63,281 nucleotides of DNA from Candidatus Hydrogenedentota bacterium (GTDB taxonomy: Bacteria > Hydrogenedentota > Hydrogenedentia > Hydrogenedentales > GCA-2746185). The translations under genes and the position numbers were made by a program. The notes below the pieces were generated by a model. The model saw nothing but the letters and a program-made list of their open reading frames with translations, did not search any database and was not told where the DNA came from. This document shows, piece by piece, positions 39,722-50,381 of this stretch. The stretch spans positions 1 through 63,281 of the forward strand of contig JAYGCN010000075.1 in assembly GCA_046583315.1 (NCBI GenBank), written 5' to 3'. Each line of letters starts with the position of its first letter. Position 1 is the stretch's first letter.

Positions 39722-40838
39722 TCAAGGCCCGTTCATACACGTCATAGGTCATCTTCACGCACAAATCCCACGGGAACTTCGACGCGCGGTTGAACCCGCT
39801 ATTCCGCAACCCCTTACACACAGACTCATCCGTAGCCAGCGTCAACATGCCCCGAGCAATGAGATCTATGTCAAATGGATCGACACTAATTGCTGCGCGA
39901 CCGACTACTTCAGGTAAACTCGACATGTCAGACGTCAATACAGGAGTGCCGCAAGCCATCGCCTCAAGCGGCGGCAACCCGAATCCCTCCCAAAGGCTCG
40001 GCCACACAAACGCGTGTGCGCACGATAACAGCGCTGGCAAATCTTCCTGCCCAATAAATCCCGGCAGGTGAATCCGATCGCTCACAGCCGACTTTTTGAT
40101 CGCCTTACGAATCGGTTTCACCTTCCACCCATCACGACCCGCTATCACCAAATCGTGCGGCACTTTACTCGCAATCGACGAAAAGGCCTCCACGATTCCT
40201 TCGATATTTTTGCGCGGTTCAATCGTGCCCACATACAAAAAGAATTCGTCCGGCAAATTGTATTTCTCGCGCACCCGCCGCTCATCACTCTCTTCGACTG
40301 GCTTATACTGCTCATCCACGCCCAGCGGCACGACATCAATAATATCTTCCGATACCTCAAGGAAAAGCATCAAATCATCCGCCGTCGCACACGAATCCGC
40401 GATTATCCGATCCGCATACTCAACGGTCTTTTTGATTTTCTTCTTATAGTAAACCGCGCGGTCCTTCTTGAACCACTCCGGGTTGCGCAAGAACGCCAGA
40501 TCATGAACCGTCACCACCACCTTGCTCGTATCCCACTTGCGCCGTTTCGCCTGACTCCCAATCGTCGCCGTGTAATGCACGATATCCGGCGCGATTCGCT
40601 TGATGTCTTTCAACACAAGTTTGTCCCGATAGCGACTCCCCCCTAGTAAGCGATCCGTATCCACCAATATTGACTTCTCAGCATCCACTGAAAGAATCGA
40701 TCGATCCAGATTCGACGGCACAAAAGGAAAGAGCTCAAGACGCTCGTCGACACTGGGTAAACCCTTCAACAATTCTTCCGTATAGCGCCCCGTACCACTT
40801 CTATTCCCCGCCTGCAAGGCATCCAAGAGTATTTTCAC
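39714..40838 (-). CDS. Glycosyltransferase family 4
   Basis: GTGRY, TVHDL, VGTIEPRKN, EGFGLPPLEA. Confidence 0.92.
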   Translation of the reverse strand: MKILLDALQAGNRSGTGRYTEELLKGLPSVDERLELFPFVPSNLDRSILSVDAEKSILVDTDRLLGGSRYRDKLVLKDIKRIAPDIVHYTATIGSQAKRRKWDTSKVVVTVHDLAFLRNPEWFKKDRAVYYKKKIKKTVEYADRIIADSCATADDLMLFLEVSEDIIDVVPLGVDEQYKPVEESDERRVREKYNLPDEFFLYVGTIEPRKNIEGIVEAFSSIASKVPHDLVIAGRDGWKVKPIRKAIKKSAVSDRIHLPGFIGQEDLPALLSCAHAFVWPSLWEGFGLPPLEAMACGTPVLTSDMSSLPEVVGRAAISVDPFDIDLIARGMLTLATDESVCKGLRNSGFNRASKFPWDLCVKMTYDVYERALNV

Positions 40839-41950
40839 GCCAGCACACTCCTGTACACGTCAACCGTCTCGCGGGCCGTTTCTGACCAATCAAAAAGACG
40901 CATCCGTTCATGCCCTCTACGCCCCAAGTCACGTGCATAATCCGTGTCACCGATCACTGCTTCGATCCCTCGCGCGATGTCCAATACCTCCATCGGATCA
41001 ACATACTCAACCACGTCGCCGCCCACTTCCGGCAGCGAGGTCGTATTCGAGGTTATAACCGGGCACCCACATGCGAAAGCCTCCAGCACCGGAAAACCGA
41101 AACCCTCATACAGTGACGGGAACACGAATGCATCGGCCGCTTTGTACAACGCAGACAAATCTTCGTGAGGAATATACCCCGGTAACAAAACGCGATCCGA
41201 CAACTTCAAATCCTCGATGAGCTGCGTCAAGGATGTGGACATCCATCCTTCGTTCCCTACCAACACCAATCGATGCGGATAGTTCTCAAGTAGGGCGAAC
41301 GCTTCCAACATTCGACGGATATTTTTCCGCTCTTCAATCGTTCCCACGTATAGAACATACGCTCCTTGAATGCCCAATTCAGCGACACGCGCCTTCGCCG
41401 CCTCATCACCGAACCGACACCAATCCGATCGGATCCCGTGCGGCGTAACATGAATCTTGTCCGGCTCGGTCTCGTAGTGCGAAACCATCTCCGCTTTCGT
41501 AAATTCAGAGAATGTAATGATCCCGTCCGCTTCATCACAAAATTCTTCTATCTGTGACGCATAGGGACTGACTACGCGCTGGTTGACCCACTCCGGATGT
41601 ACCTCGAAGGATATATCATGAACCGAAATAATGCGTTTCGCACGACGCGTTTCCGGCAAATAAAAATTCGTGCCATGCACCACATCCAAATCACGACCAA
41701 GCAGGAATTCCACCGACGGATGACGAAAATACCGCCAACACTTGTAGAGCACCGATGTCGGGATATGTACCTGCCGATACGCCATCGGATGCGACATCCC
41801 CGAAACGTCAACGGCCCGCCGTCCAGTCGCGTAGCCATGAAGCTCGAACTCTGAATCGATTCGTAAAAGAGCACAACCCAGCTCAAACACGTAATTCCCC
41901 ACGCCGGTTCGGGCGGGTGTCAGGGACGATATATCGAAACCAAGCTGCAT
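40835..41950 (-). CDS. Glycosyltransferase family 4
   Basis: TGVGNY, SVHD, VGTIEERKN, EGFGFPVLEA. Confidence 0.92.
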   Translation of the reverse strand: MQLGFDISSLTPARTGVGNYVFELGCALLRIDSEFELHGYATGRRAVDVSGMSHPMAYRQVHIPTSVLYKCWRYFRHPSVEFLLGRDLDVVHGTNFYLPETRRAKRIISVHDISFEVHPEWVNQRVVSPYASQIEEFCDEADGIITFSEFTKAEMVSHYETEPDKIHVTPHGIRSDWCRFGDEAAKARVAELGIQGAYVLYVGTIEERKNIRRMLEAFALLENYPHRLVLVGNEGWMSTSLTQLIEDLKLSDRVLLPGYIPHEDLSALYKAADAFVFPSLYEGFGFPVLEAFACGCPVITSNTTSLPEVGGDVVEYVDPMEVLDIARGIEAVIGDTDYARDLGRRGHERMRLFDWSETARETVDVYRSVLA

Positions 41951-42142
41951 AAATGACTATATCCGTTGAACTTATAAGGGTTTGATCATAGCGAATCAGC
42001 GAGAGAATTACCAAGATTCTCTCCAAATACCGATTATTACCAGGCAAGACCAAGTATAAACCCTTTATTTTCAGGTATTTAGCCAAAATTTAGAATCAAT
42101 CCCGGCTACAGACAATCAATTCCGGCCCTTCTCCCGGTTAAT

Positions 42143-42172
42143 TTGACACAAAAATTAGGCCTGTGTTACACT
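42143..42172 (+). promoter_or_regulatory. Promoter of the hrcA-dnaK operon
   Basis: TTGACA (42143-42148), 18 nt spacer with TG, TACACT (42167-42172). Confidence 0.75.
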
Positions 42173-42182
42173 TTCGCCACTG

Positions 42183-42209
42183 TTAGCACTCATTCGGATT
42201 GAGTGCTAA
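42183..42209 (+). promoter_or_regulatory. CIRCE element (HrcA operator)
   Basis: Exact TTAGCACTC-N9-GAGTGCTAA directly upstream of hrcA. Confidence 0.97.
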
Positions 42210-42226
42210 GGCCTGAGGAATGCTTC

Positions 42227-43273
42227 ATGCCCGATACGACTCTAAAGGAACGCGAAGAACTAATCCTCCAGGCCATTGTTCACCTGTACATTACCGATGC
42301 AGAGCCCGTCGGATCGCGAGCCGTTGTAAAACGCTTCGATCTCGATATCAGCCCCGCCACGGTACGCAACGTGATGGCCGATCTGGAAGAAGCGGGCTTC
42401 ATCAATCAGGTGCACACCAGCTCCGGACGGGTTCCCACCGATAAAGGGTACCGATACTACGTCGATTATCTCATGCGCGTACAGAAAGTGACCAGCACTG
42501 AACGCACGCGTATCGAAAGCGATATGACCGAACAGTTGAATAACGCAGATACGATTCTGAAGCAAACAAGTAACCTGCTCGCCATGATCTCGCATCAGAC
42601 CGGCATCGTGGAAGTACCGAATCCCCACGTTGCACTCGTCAATCGAATCGAGCTCATGTTGATGGATGATCGGCAGACCGCCATGCTCATTGCCGACAAT
42701 TTTGGCCGTGCGCGCACATTGGTGTTGCCCTGGACTCCTTCGGATGATGTGGATTTGTTAATCCCGTTGAATAATTTTCTCAACGAGCAACTCAAAGGCA
42801 CATCGATCGATTCTCTCTCCAGTAGCTTGCGTAGCGCCATTGAACGCTATACGAACGAACAGCACAGACTCGCGGAACAGGCAAGCCAGCTGCTCAATCA
42901 CATCCCTGGTGCGGCACCCGGAAAGCTCTACCTCAAGGGGGCAACCCAGCTATTCGAGCAACCTGAATTTCACGATGTCGAACGCGCGCGCGAAGTATTC
43001 GGATTGCTTGAAGAAAATGATCGGGTCGTCGAGTTGATGCGGAACGGCATCGCTCGAAATGAGGATGCTTCGCGCGTGACCATCGGCTCCGAAGACCTCG
43101 AACACGGACTCGAAGACGTGAGTGTTGTATCTGCACCGTATAAAGTAAATGACGAAGAGGTCGGCATGATCGGTGTCCTCGGACCCAGACGAATGCCCTA
43201 CTCAAGGCTGACCGGCATTGTCGAATACACTGCCGACAGACTCGGGGCCATGCTGACACGCATCTCCCGTTAA
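42227..43273 (+). CDS. hrcA: Heat-inducible transcription repressor
   Basis: EPVGS, SPATVRNVM, HTSSGRVPTDKGYR, GPRRM.Y; ATG 42227 after GAGGA (the track's start lies inside CIRCE). Confidence 0.96.
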   Translation: MPDTTLKEREELILQAIVHLYITDAEPVGSRAVVKRFDLDISPATVRNVMADLEEAGFINQVHTSSGRVPTDKGYRYYVDYLMRVQKVTSTERTRIESDMTEQLNNADTILKQTSNLLAMISHQTGIVEVPNPHVALVNRIELMLMDDRQTAMLIADNFGRARTLVLPWTPSDDVDLLIPLNNFLNEQLKGTSIDSLSSSLRSAIERYTNEQHRLAEQASQLLNHIPGAAPGKLYLKGATQLFEQPEFHDVERAREVFGLLEENDRVVELMRNGIARNEDASRVTIGSEDLEHGLEDVSVVSAPYKVNDEEVGMIGVLGPRRMPYSRLTGIVEYTADRLGAMLTRISR

Positions 43274-43302
43274 TCCAAATACCAAAGGAAAATGATTCAC
43301 GA

Positions 43303-43929
43303 ATGAGCGATACAGACAACACAGAAACGCCCAGCCAGGACGAGGCGATCCTCGATGAGGATTCCCCTTCAGAGGACCTTGCTGAAGAGGCACAGGAGGA
43401 AGCCGAAACAGAGCCAATTCTGACCCCGGAGGAAGCCCTGCAGTTCGAGCTCGCCGAAGCCAAGGATCAGGCACTACGATCCCGCGCCGATTTCGACAAC
43501 TACCGCAAACGCATGGCCCGTGAAATGGAGCGTGTGCGCAAGATAGCGGCTGAAACCCTCATACACGACATTCTACCCGCTATAGACAATCTCGATCTGG
43601 CCTTGCAGCATGCCGGCAGTGAATCCAATGCCCTGTCTCAAGGCGTTGAAATGGTCTTCAAGCAACTCCAGGACGTTCTCGGTAACCACGGCCTCACGCC
43701 CATCGAGGCACTCGGGCAGACGTTCGATCCGAACATCCACGAAGCCGTGTCCCAGGTCGCGTCGGATGATATAGAAAAAGACAACATCGTTCAGGTATTC
43801 CAGAGCGGTTATAAACTTGGTGATATGATTCTTCGTCCCGCAAAGGTCGTCATCAGCACCGGCCCCGATGTGCCCGCCGAAGAATCAACCGACGAATCAA
43901 CACCAGAAAAATCGGCTACAACCGAATAG
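43303..43929 (+). CDS. grpE: Nucleotide exchange factor GrpE
   Basis: ADFDNYRKR, FDPNIHEA, GY....LRPAKV. Confidence 0.96.
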   Translation: MSDTDNTETPSQDEAILDEDSPSEDLAEEAQEEAETEPILTPEEALQFELAEAKDQALRSRADFDNYRKRMAREMERVRKIAAETLIHDILPAIDNLDLALQHAGSESNALSQGVEMVFKQLQDVLGNHGLTPIEALGQTFDPNIHEAVSQVASDDIEKDNIVQVFQSGYKLGDMILRPAKVVISTGPDVPAEESTDESTPEKSATTE

Positions 43930-43983
43930 CATTTTTACTAAACACACAACCCATCACACACCGAATTTGGAGGAACTATTAGA

Positions 43984-45915
43984 ATGGGCAAGGTTATAGG
44001 CATCGACCTCGGAACGACCAACTCATGCGTCGCAGTCATGGAAGGCGGCGAACCAATCGTTATCGCAAACGCAGAAGGCAATCGCACCACACCCTCATGC
44101 GTGGCATTCACGAAAGACGGCGAACGTCTCATCGGCGCAGTAGCAAAACGCCAGGCTGTCACCAATCCGGAGAATACCGTTTTCTCGATCAAACGTTTCA
44201 TGGGTCATCAATTCAGCGAAATCTCCAGCGAAAAAGAACTCGTTCCTTACAAGCTATCCGCTACGTCAAGCGGTGATTGCCAAGTGGAAATTCAAGGCAA
44301 AACCTATCGTCCCCCCGAAGTTTCCGCGATGATCCTCCAGAAAATGAAGGAAACCGCAGAGGCCTACCTCGGCGAAACGGTTACCCAGGCCATCGTCACT
44401 GTGCCGGCCTACTTCAACGATGCGCAACGCCAGGCCACCAAAGACGCCGGCACCATCGCAGGTCTCGAAGTACTCCGGATCATCAACGAACCCACCGCAG
44501 CAGCGCTTGCCTACGGACTCGACAAGAAGAAAAACGAAAAAGTCGCCGTATACGATCTCGGCGGCGGTACCTTTGACGTCTCCATCTTGGCCATCGGCGA
44601 CGACAGCTTCGAAGTGCTCAGCACCAATGGCGACACCGCCCTCGGCGGCGACGATTTCGACGAAACCATCATCCACTTCCTCGCCGAAGAGTTCCTGCGC
44701 GATCAGGGCATCGACTTGCGCAAAGATGTCATGGCCCTCCAACGGCTCAAAGAAGGTGCAGAAAAAGCCAAATGCGAACTTTCCAGCGCCATGTCCACCG
44801 ACGTGAATCTCCCCTTCATCACCGCCGACGCGTCCGGCCCAAAGCACCTGAACGTAACGATCACCCGTGCCAAACTCGAGCAACTCTGTGATGAATTGCT
44901 TCAACGCACGAAAAATCCCTGCCGTCAGGCACTTGAAGACGCGGGACTTTCTGCAAGCGACATCGACGAGGTCATCCTCGTAGGCGGCATGACCCGCATG
45001 CCCGCGGTTGGTGAAATCGTCAAGAGTGTCTTCAACAAAGAACCCCACCGTGGCGTGAATCCAGACGAAGTCGTTGCGCTCGGCGCGGCAATCCAGGGCG
45101 GCGTGCTTGCCGGCGACGTGAAAGACGTGCTCCTCCTTGATGTCACCCCGCTTTCCCTCGGCATCGAAACACTGGGCGGTATTTGCACCAAACTCATCGA
45201 TCGCAATACCACCATTCCGGTCAACAAGCGCCAGGTATTCTCTACAGCGGCCGACAACCAGACTGCTGTAACCATCCATGTGCTCCAGGGAGAACGCGAA
45301 CTATCCAACGACAACCGAACCCTTGGGAATTTTAACCTCGAAGGCATCATGCCTGCCCCACGCGGCGTCCCGCAAATCGAAGTCTCCTTCGACATCGACG
45401 TGAACGGCATCGTACACGTTTCCGCAAAAGACATGGCCACGGGCAAAGAACAGAAAATCCGTATCGAATCTTCCAGCGGACTTTCCGATGACGAGATCGA
45501 CAAGATGGTCAACGAAGCCGAAGCCAATGCCGCAAGCGATCAGGATCGCAAGAAATCGATCGAAACACGCAACAATGCGGATTCACTCCTGTATCAGACC
45601 GAAAAATCTGTATCGGAACACAGCGACAAGATTTCCGACGAAGAAAAGGCCGCTATCGAGTCTGCTTCCGCTGAACTCAACACCGCTCTCGAATCCGACG
45701 ACTCCGATGCCATCGAAGCCGCGACCAACAAACTGACCGAAGCCTCGCATAAACTCGCGGAAGCCATGTATGCCGCCGCCGCTGCCGACGAAGCCGGAGC
45801 GCAAGGCGATCCCGCTGCGGAAGGTGCCCCTGGTGCCGATGCCGGAGCAGCCGAGGAAGAGGACAATACGGTCGACGCTGATTTCACCGTGGTCGACGAC
45901 GAAACGAAAGAGTAA
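43984..45915 (+). CDS. dnaK: Chaperone DnaK
   Basis: [33 protein letters not shown]. Confidence 0.99.
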   Translation: MGKVIGIDLGTTNSCVAVMEGGEPIVIANAEGNRTTPSCVAFTKDGERLIGAVAKRQAVTNPENTVFSIKRFMGHQFSEISSEKELVPYKLSATSSGDCQVEIQGKTYRPPEVSAMILQKMKETAEAYLGETVTQAIVTVPAYFNDAQRQATKDAGTIAGLEVLRIINEPTAAALAYGLDKKKNEKVAVYDLGGGTFDVSILAIGDDSFEVLSTNGDTALGGDDFDETIIHFLAEEFLRDQGIDLRKDVMALQRLKEGAEKAKCELSSAMSTDVNLPFITADASGPKHLNVTITRAKLEQLCDELLQRTKNPCRQALEDAGLSASDIDEVILVGGMTRMPAVGEIVKSVFNKEPHRGVNPDEVVALGAAIQGGVLAGDVKDVLLLDVTPLSLGIETLGGICTKLIDRNTTIPVNKRQVFSTAADNQTAVTIHVLQGERELSNDNRTLGNFNLEGIMPAPRGVPQIEVSFDIDVNGIVHVSAKDMATGKEQKIRIESSSGLSDDEIDKMVNEAEANAASDQDRKKSIETRNNADSLLYQTEKSVSEHSDKISDEEKAAIESASAELNTALESDDSDAIEAATNKLTEASHKLAEAMYAAAAADEAGAQGDPAAEGAPGADAGAAEEEDNTVDADFTVVDDETKE

Positions 45916-45926
45916 TCACACTCCAC

Positions 45927-45960
45927 CGAAGCCGTCGGCCCTCAACAACCGGCGGCTTCG
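45927..45960 (+). terminator. Stem-loop between dnaK and dnaJ (partial terminator or stabiliser)
   Basis: CGAAGCCGTCGG / CCGGCGGCTTCG inverted repeat with only a short T run. Confidence 0.55.
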
Positions 45961-45990
45961 TTGCGACTGAAATAACCCAGGACACTTTGA

Positions 45991-47094
45991 ATGGCCAGAG
46001 ATTTCTACGAAATATTGGGCGTTGCCCGCGGCTCGAGCGAGGACGAAATTCGGTCTTCGTACCGCAAACTCGCGCATAAATATCACCCGGATAAAACGGG
46101 TGGCGACAAAGCGGCCGAAGAAAAGCTCAAAGAGATCAACGAAGCCTACGGTGTTCTGAAAAACAAAGAGAAACGTTCCAACTACGATCAATACGGCACC
46201 GAAAATCCCCAGCAAGGTTTCGGCGGCGGTGGTGGATCCCAGGGCGGCTCTCCCTTTGAAGACATTTTCGAATCCTTCTTCGGCGGTGGTGGCGGCGGGC
46301 GTGGGCGCAGTGGACCCTCACGCGGCGATGACCTCGAGTACCACACACGCATCACGCTGAAAGAAGCGGCCTTCGGTGTCAAGAAAAACATCGAATTCAA
46401 TCGCCTCGAAAACTGTAACGAATGCGAAGGCTCAGGAGCAGCCAAAGGCTCCAAACCCGAAACCTGCCCTCAATGCGGCGGCCAGGGTCAAGTCCGCATG
46501 TCCCAGGGCTTCTTCTCCGTCACCCGCACCTGCCCCCAATGCCGGGGCGGCGGTACCATCGTCTCCAACCCCTGTAAAAGCTGTAGCGGTCAAGGCATGC
46601 TCAAAACCAGACGCGAACTCGCCATCGATATTCCTGGCGGCGTTGACTCCGGCTCACGACTCCGAGTACCCGGTGAAGGCGAACCCGGGCGCAATCGTGG
46701 CCCTCGCGGCGACCTCTACGTGCGCATCGATGTCGAATCCGATCCCATCTTTGAACGCGAAGAAACCAACCTCTACTGCTCCATCCCCATCAGCTTCACC
46801 GACGCGATACTCGGCGCGACCATCACCGTGCCCACGCTCAAAGGGGAAGCCGAACTCAAAGTCCCCCACGGCACACAGTCCGGCACCGTATTCAAACTGC
46901 GCGGCCTCGGCATGCCCGACCTGCGTGGCTACCGACAAGGCGACCAACTCGTCACCATCCAGGTCGAAACCCCCACAAAACTCAACAAAGAACAAAAAGA
47001 ACTCATCAAAAAGTTCGCCGAACTCAGCACCGCCAAAACCTACCCCCTCCACAAACGCTTCATGGACAAATTCAAAGACGCCATCGGCAAATAA
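45991..47094 (+). CDS. dnaJ: Chaperone DnaJ
   Basis: J domain HPD, G/F region, four CxxCxGxG repeats. Confidence 0.98.
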   Translation: MARDFYEILGVARGSSEDEIRSSYRKLAHKYHPDKTGGDKAAEEKLKEINEAYGVLKNKEKRSNYDQYGTENPQQGFGGGGGSQGGSPFEDIFESFFGGGGGGRGRSGPSRGDDLEYHTRITLKEAAFGVKKNIEFNRLENCNECEGSGAAKGSKPETCPQCGGQGQVRMSQGFFSVTRTCPQCRGGGTIVSNPCKSCSGQGMLKTRRELAIDIPGGVDSGSRLRVPGEGEPGRNRGPRGDLYVRIDVESDPIFEREETNLYCSIPISFTDAILGATITVPTLKGEAELKVPHGTQSGTVFKLRGLGMPDLRGYRQGDQLVTIQVETPTKLNKEQKELIKKFAELSTAKTYPLHKRFMDKFKDAIGK

Positions 47095-47162
47095 GGTCCT
47101 GCCGGACGGCATGGATGAACCGCAACTCTACTGCGAAGTGCTTTAGCACAAAGGGAACAAGA

Positions 47163-47996
47163 TCACTCATCTTCCCCTCCGGAAATGATCGCCTCGAAAC
47201 TCTTCAGCATCCCCCCTGTAATGTCCTCTTCCTCATCGCCATCCGCAATGTCCAACACGAAATCCGTATCGCCAATTTCTGCATCAAATTGAATCTTGTA
47301 GAAAACAATTGAGGTCGAGCCGGAAACCATTTTTCGTACGATGCCATCTTTCACACCGATATAGGCCTTTTGCTCAACATCCAGCATGCCTTCGAAATCA
47401 GCGATACTCTTATAGCTCTTCAAGGTTTTCGGCTTCATGGTCGACGTGACGGCAAACACATCCTCACCGTTGAACGATTCCTTGCCGATCAATTTCAGAT
47501 CGTAGAACTCCTCCAACACGTCCAGTATCGTCGAAGGATTCAGCAACAGCCCCGCAGCCAGATCGCCGCTACCCAAGGCGGCAGCGGGTATGCCAATCGG
47601 CAAGCCCGTCTTCTTCCTGAGTGCTGCCAAGGCTCCCGTATCCATTTTCGAAGGCGGCACCACGGTCGTGGGCGTTTTCAAGCGCATGTGCATGACTGAT
47701 TCCGCGTCCATCACGCAGTCGTATATTAAGTTCAGTGCGGAATTGTCTGCCGACAATACATGCGCCAGTTTCATCCGCATTTCCGCGCCACGGACGGTAA
47801 TGAATCCGCCAACCGCGCCACCCTCAGGCGAGTCAACGGTCGATTCGTCAGGGTGTATCGAAAATTCCGCCCGGTACGAACCGTTCTCGCCGGAGACAGA
47901 AGCGAAATGCGCCTTCAGTTCTTCAATCGACTTCGGCTCAGCAGCGATCGCCGTAACACCAACGAGCAACACCATTACAAAACTAAAAAAACGCAT
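47163..47996 (-). CDS. Exported hypothetical protein, LolA-like fold suspected
   Basis: Start reassigned to ATG 47996 behind GGAGG, giving signal peptide MRFFSFVMVLLVGVTAIA; beta-rich C-half. Confidence 0.6.
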   Translation of the reverse strand: MRFFSFVMVLLVGVTAIAAEPKSIEELKAHFASVSGENGSYRAEFSIHPDESTVDSPEGGAVGGFITVRGAEMRMKLAHVLSADNSALNLIYDCVMDAESVMHMRLKTPTTVVPPSKMDTGALAALRKKTGLPIGIPAAALGSGDLAAGLLLNPSTILDVLEEFYDLKLIGKESFNGEDVFAVTSTMKPKTLKSYKSIADFEGMLDVEQKAYIGVKDGIVRKMVSGSTSIVFYKIQFDAEIGDTDFVLDIADGDEEEDITGGMLKSFEAIISGGEDE

Positions 47997-48024
47997 TTGC
48001 ACCCTCCATAAAAACCAACTCTGA

Positions 48025-48558
48025 CTATTTCTCTTTCTGCAACTCAGCGACTTCTTCAATAATTTTCTCGACCAACTTCGGCTCCACCTTTTTCTTGGCA
48101 ATTTTGTGTATCACGTTGCCTTTCGCATCAAAGAGCACGATATTCGCGGTGCCCGGTTTCAGGCCGTAGGCCTTGGTGAATTTCGACTCCCAGTCGAGCA
48201 ACAACCACCGTTCGGCATCCTTGGCGATAAATTTTTTCACTGTACCGCGCATCAATTTCGGCACGCTGCCCAATTGCGGTGCTGGAATCACCTCAACCGG
48301 TTCGGCATCTTCGTGTTCGTCCAGGCCTTTCTGAATCGCCATTATCCAGGCCTTCGTATATTCGCTACCCTCTTTATCCGCCCCAATGAGCATAACAATC
48401 TTGCCCATGAGGTCCTTGTGGGTGCGTTTCTTGCCATCCTGATCCTCCATTTCGAAGATCATGATACGTTTCAGATCCGCCGCATCCACATCCCCAACAC
48501 TCAGGAATAGTCCAATCAGCCCCGCCATCACAAAGCCAAACACCCTATACTGATTCAT
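48025..48558 (-). CDS. Exported thioredoxin-like/YtfJ-like protein without CxxC
   Basis: Signal peptide; EDQDGK, LLDW, IVLFDAKG.V redoxin-like pattern; no Cys. Confidence 0.6.
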   Translation of the reverse strand: MNQYRVFGFVMAGLIGLFLSVGDVDAADLKRIMIFEMEDQDGKKRTHKDLMGKIVMLIGADKEGSEYTKAWIMAIQKGLDEHEDAEPVEVIPAPQLGSVPKLMRGTVKKFIAKDAERWLLLDWESKFTKAYGLKPGTANIVLFDAKGNVIHKIAKKKVEPKLVEKIIEEVAELQKEK

Positions 48559-48648
48559 TCCTCTATATCTCCCTGTTCAAGCGCGTAAACTGGTATTTTC
48601 GACATGAATTCCGGTAGCATAAACCCTTCGAGACTGAGGGGAACACAC

Positions 48649-49707
48649 GTGCCGACACCAACCGTGACATGGGAGAATAACGAACTCCACATCATCGATC
48701 AGACCCTACTCCCGACCGAATACCGCGTGATCACTCTCTCCACCATACAAGACGTGTGGGACGCGATCAAACAGCTCCAAGTCCGGGGCGCACCGGCGAT
48801 TGGCGTATGCGCCGCACTCGGAATTATTGTTGGTATAAATGAGAAACCGCCTCAATCTCACACAGATCTCGCCGAAACCGTAAAATCCGCGTCCGATTTC
48901 CTGGCAACATCCCGTCCAACGGCTGTGAACCTCTTCTGGGCACTCGACCGCATGCGAGCGTGTCATGGGACCTTATCACCCGAGTCATCTGTGCAAGATG
49001 CTGTCAAAAAACTTACTACCGAAGCCCTGCAGATTCTGGATGACGACAAACAGATCTGCCGCAGCATGGGCCAACACGGAGCCAGCCTCATCAATGAAGG
49101 AGACGGTCTACTCACGCACTGCAACGCCGGAGCACTCGCCACGGCAGATTACGGTACCGCCCTCGCGGTCATGTACTCGGCGCATGATTCCGGCAGAAAA
49201 TTCTCCGTGTATGCGGACGAAACCCGCCCACTCCTCCAGGGCTCACGTCTTACTGCGTGGGAACTCGACCATGCCGGCATCGATGTCACGGTCATCTGCG
49301 ACAGCATGGCCGCGCAAGTCATGCGTGAAGGTAAAATCCAGAAAGTATTCGTCGGCTCAGACCGCATCGCTGCCAACGGTGACACGGCGAACAAAATCGG
49401 CACCTACGGCGTGGCACTTCTTGCCAAGGCACATAACATCCCCTTCTATGTCGTCGCGCCGACCTCCACCATCGATCCCGAGATTGCCCACGGCGACGAC
49501 ATTCCCATCGAAATCCGCGATCCCGACGAAATCATAAACGGCTTCGGAAAACAAACCGTTCCCCACAATATCAAGGTATACAATCCCGCCTTTGATGTCA
49601 CTCCGAATGAACTCATTACCGGCATTATCACCGAACACGGCATACACACCGCGCCGTACACTCAATCATTACCGATTCACTGCAACTCAGAAACGAAACC
49701 CACATGA
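48649..49707 (+). CDS. mtnA: Methylthioribose-1-phosphate isomerase
   Basis: VRGAPAIG, RPTAVNL, THCNAG.LAT, ETRPLLQG.RLT, NKIGTY, NPAFDVTP; GTG 48649 after GAGGGG. Confidence 0.95.
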   Translation: MPTPTVTWENNELHIIDQTLLPTEYRVITLSTIQDVWDAIKQLQVRGAPAIGVCAALGIIVGINEKPPQSHTDLAETVKSASDFLATSRPTAVNLFWALDRMRACHGTLSPESSVQDAVKKLTTEALQILDDDKQICRSMGQHGASLINEGDGLLTHCNAGALATADYGTALAVMYSAHDSGRKFSVYADETRPLLQGSRLTAWELDHAGIDVTVICDSMAAQVMREGKIQKVFVGSDRIAANGDTANKIGTYGVALLAKAHNIPFYVVAPTSTIDPEIAHGDDIPIEIRDPDEIINGFGKQTVPHNIKVYNPAFDVTPNELITGIITEHGIHTAPYTQSLPIHCNSETKPT

Positions 49708-50381
49708 ACGATGCACTCACTGATATCCTCACCATCGACGGCCCGGCCGGTTCAGGGAAAAGCACCCTCGCCAAACGTCTCGCACGTCGACTCGGATACG
49801 CCTTCCTCGACTCCGGGGCCATGTACCGCGCCGCGACATGGCGAGCGATGCACACTGACATCGACATGACCGATAAGATCGCGCTGGCTCAATCCACAAC
49901 GGATATGGAACTCGAAATGAGCGAATCCAACGGCGTGCTCACCGTGCTTGTTGATGACTACGATGTTTCCGACGCCATTCGCACACCCGAGGTCACCAAC
50001 GCCATCAAAGCTCTCGACGGCATTCAAGCGGTACGCGACACGATGATCGTGCTGCAACAAAAAATTGCCTCAGCAAAACCCACCGTTGCCGAAGGCCGCG
50101 ATATGGGCACCGTCGTTTTTCCGAATGCACGCTGGAAAGTCTTCCTCGAAGCCAGTCTCGAAGAACGAACCCGACGTCGCGCCGAGGAACTGACAAACAA
50201 AGGCGTACCTTTCGACCTCGATCAGCTTCAGGACGACATCCATGCGCGCGACGAGAACGATCGCAACCGGGATATCGCGCCTCTTCGTCCCGCGGACGAT
50301 GCCTGGACGCTAGACACATCCGAAATGACACTGGACGAGGTCGAAGCGGCCATCCTCCAGCACGTGGAGCAAGCATCATGA
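49704..50381 (+). CDS. cmk: Cytidylate kinase
   Basis: IDGPAGSGKST, DSGAMYR, EGRDMGTVVFP. Confidence 0.96.
   Translation: MNDALTDILTIDGPAGSGKSTLAKRLARRLGYAFLDSGAMYRAATWRAMHTDIDMTDKIALAQSTTDMELEMSESNGVLTVLVDDYDVSDAIRTPEVTNAIKALDGIQAVRDTMIVLQQKIASAKPTVAEGRDMGTVVFPNARWKVFLEASLEERTRRRAEELTNKGVPFDLDQLQDDIHARDENDRNRDIAPLRPADDAWTLDTSEMTLDEVEAAILQHVEQAS

Noticed and set aside
41970..42085. AT-rich spacer with short inverted repeat AAGGGTTT/AAACCCTT
   Set aside because: Too short and far apart; explained as a divergent promoter region
44266..45527. Long antisense ORFs opposite dnaK, and similar shadow ORFs opposite tsaD, accC, dnaJ and the ligase
   Set aside because: Well-known codon-bias shadows of conserved genes; no independent motifs
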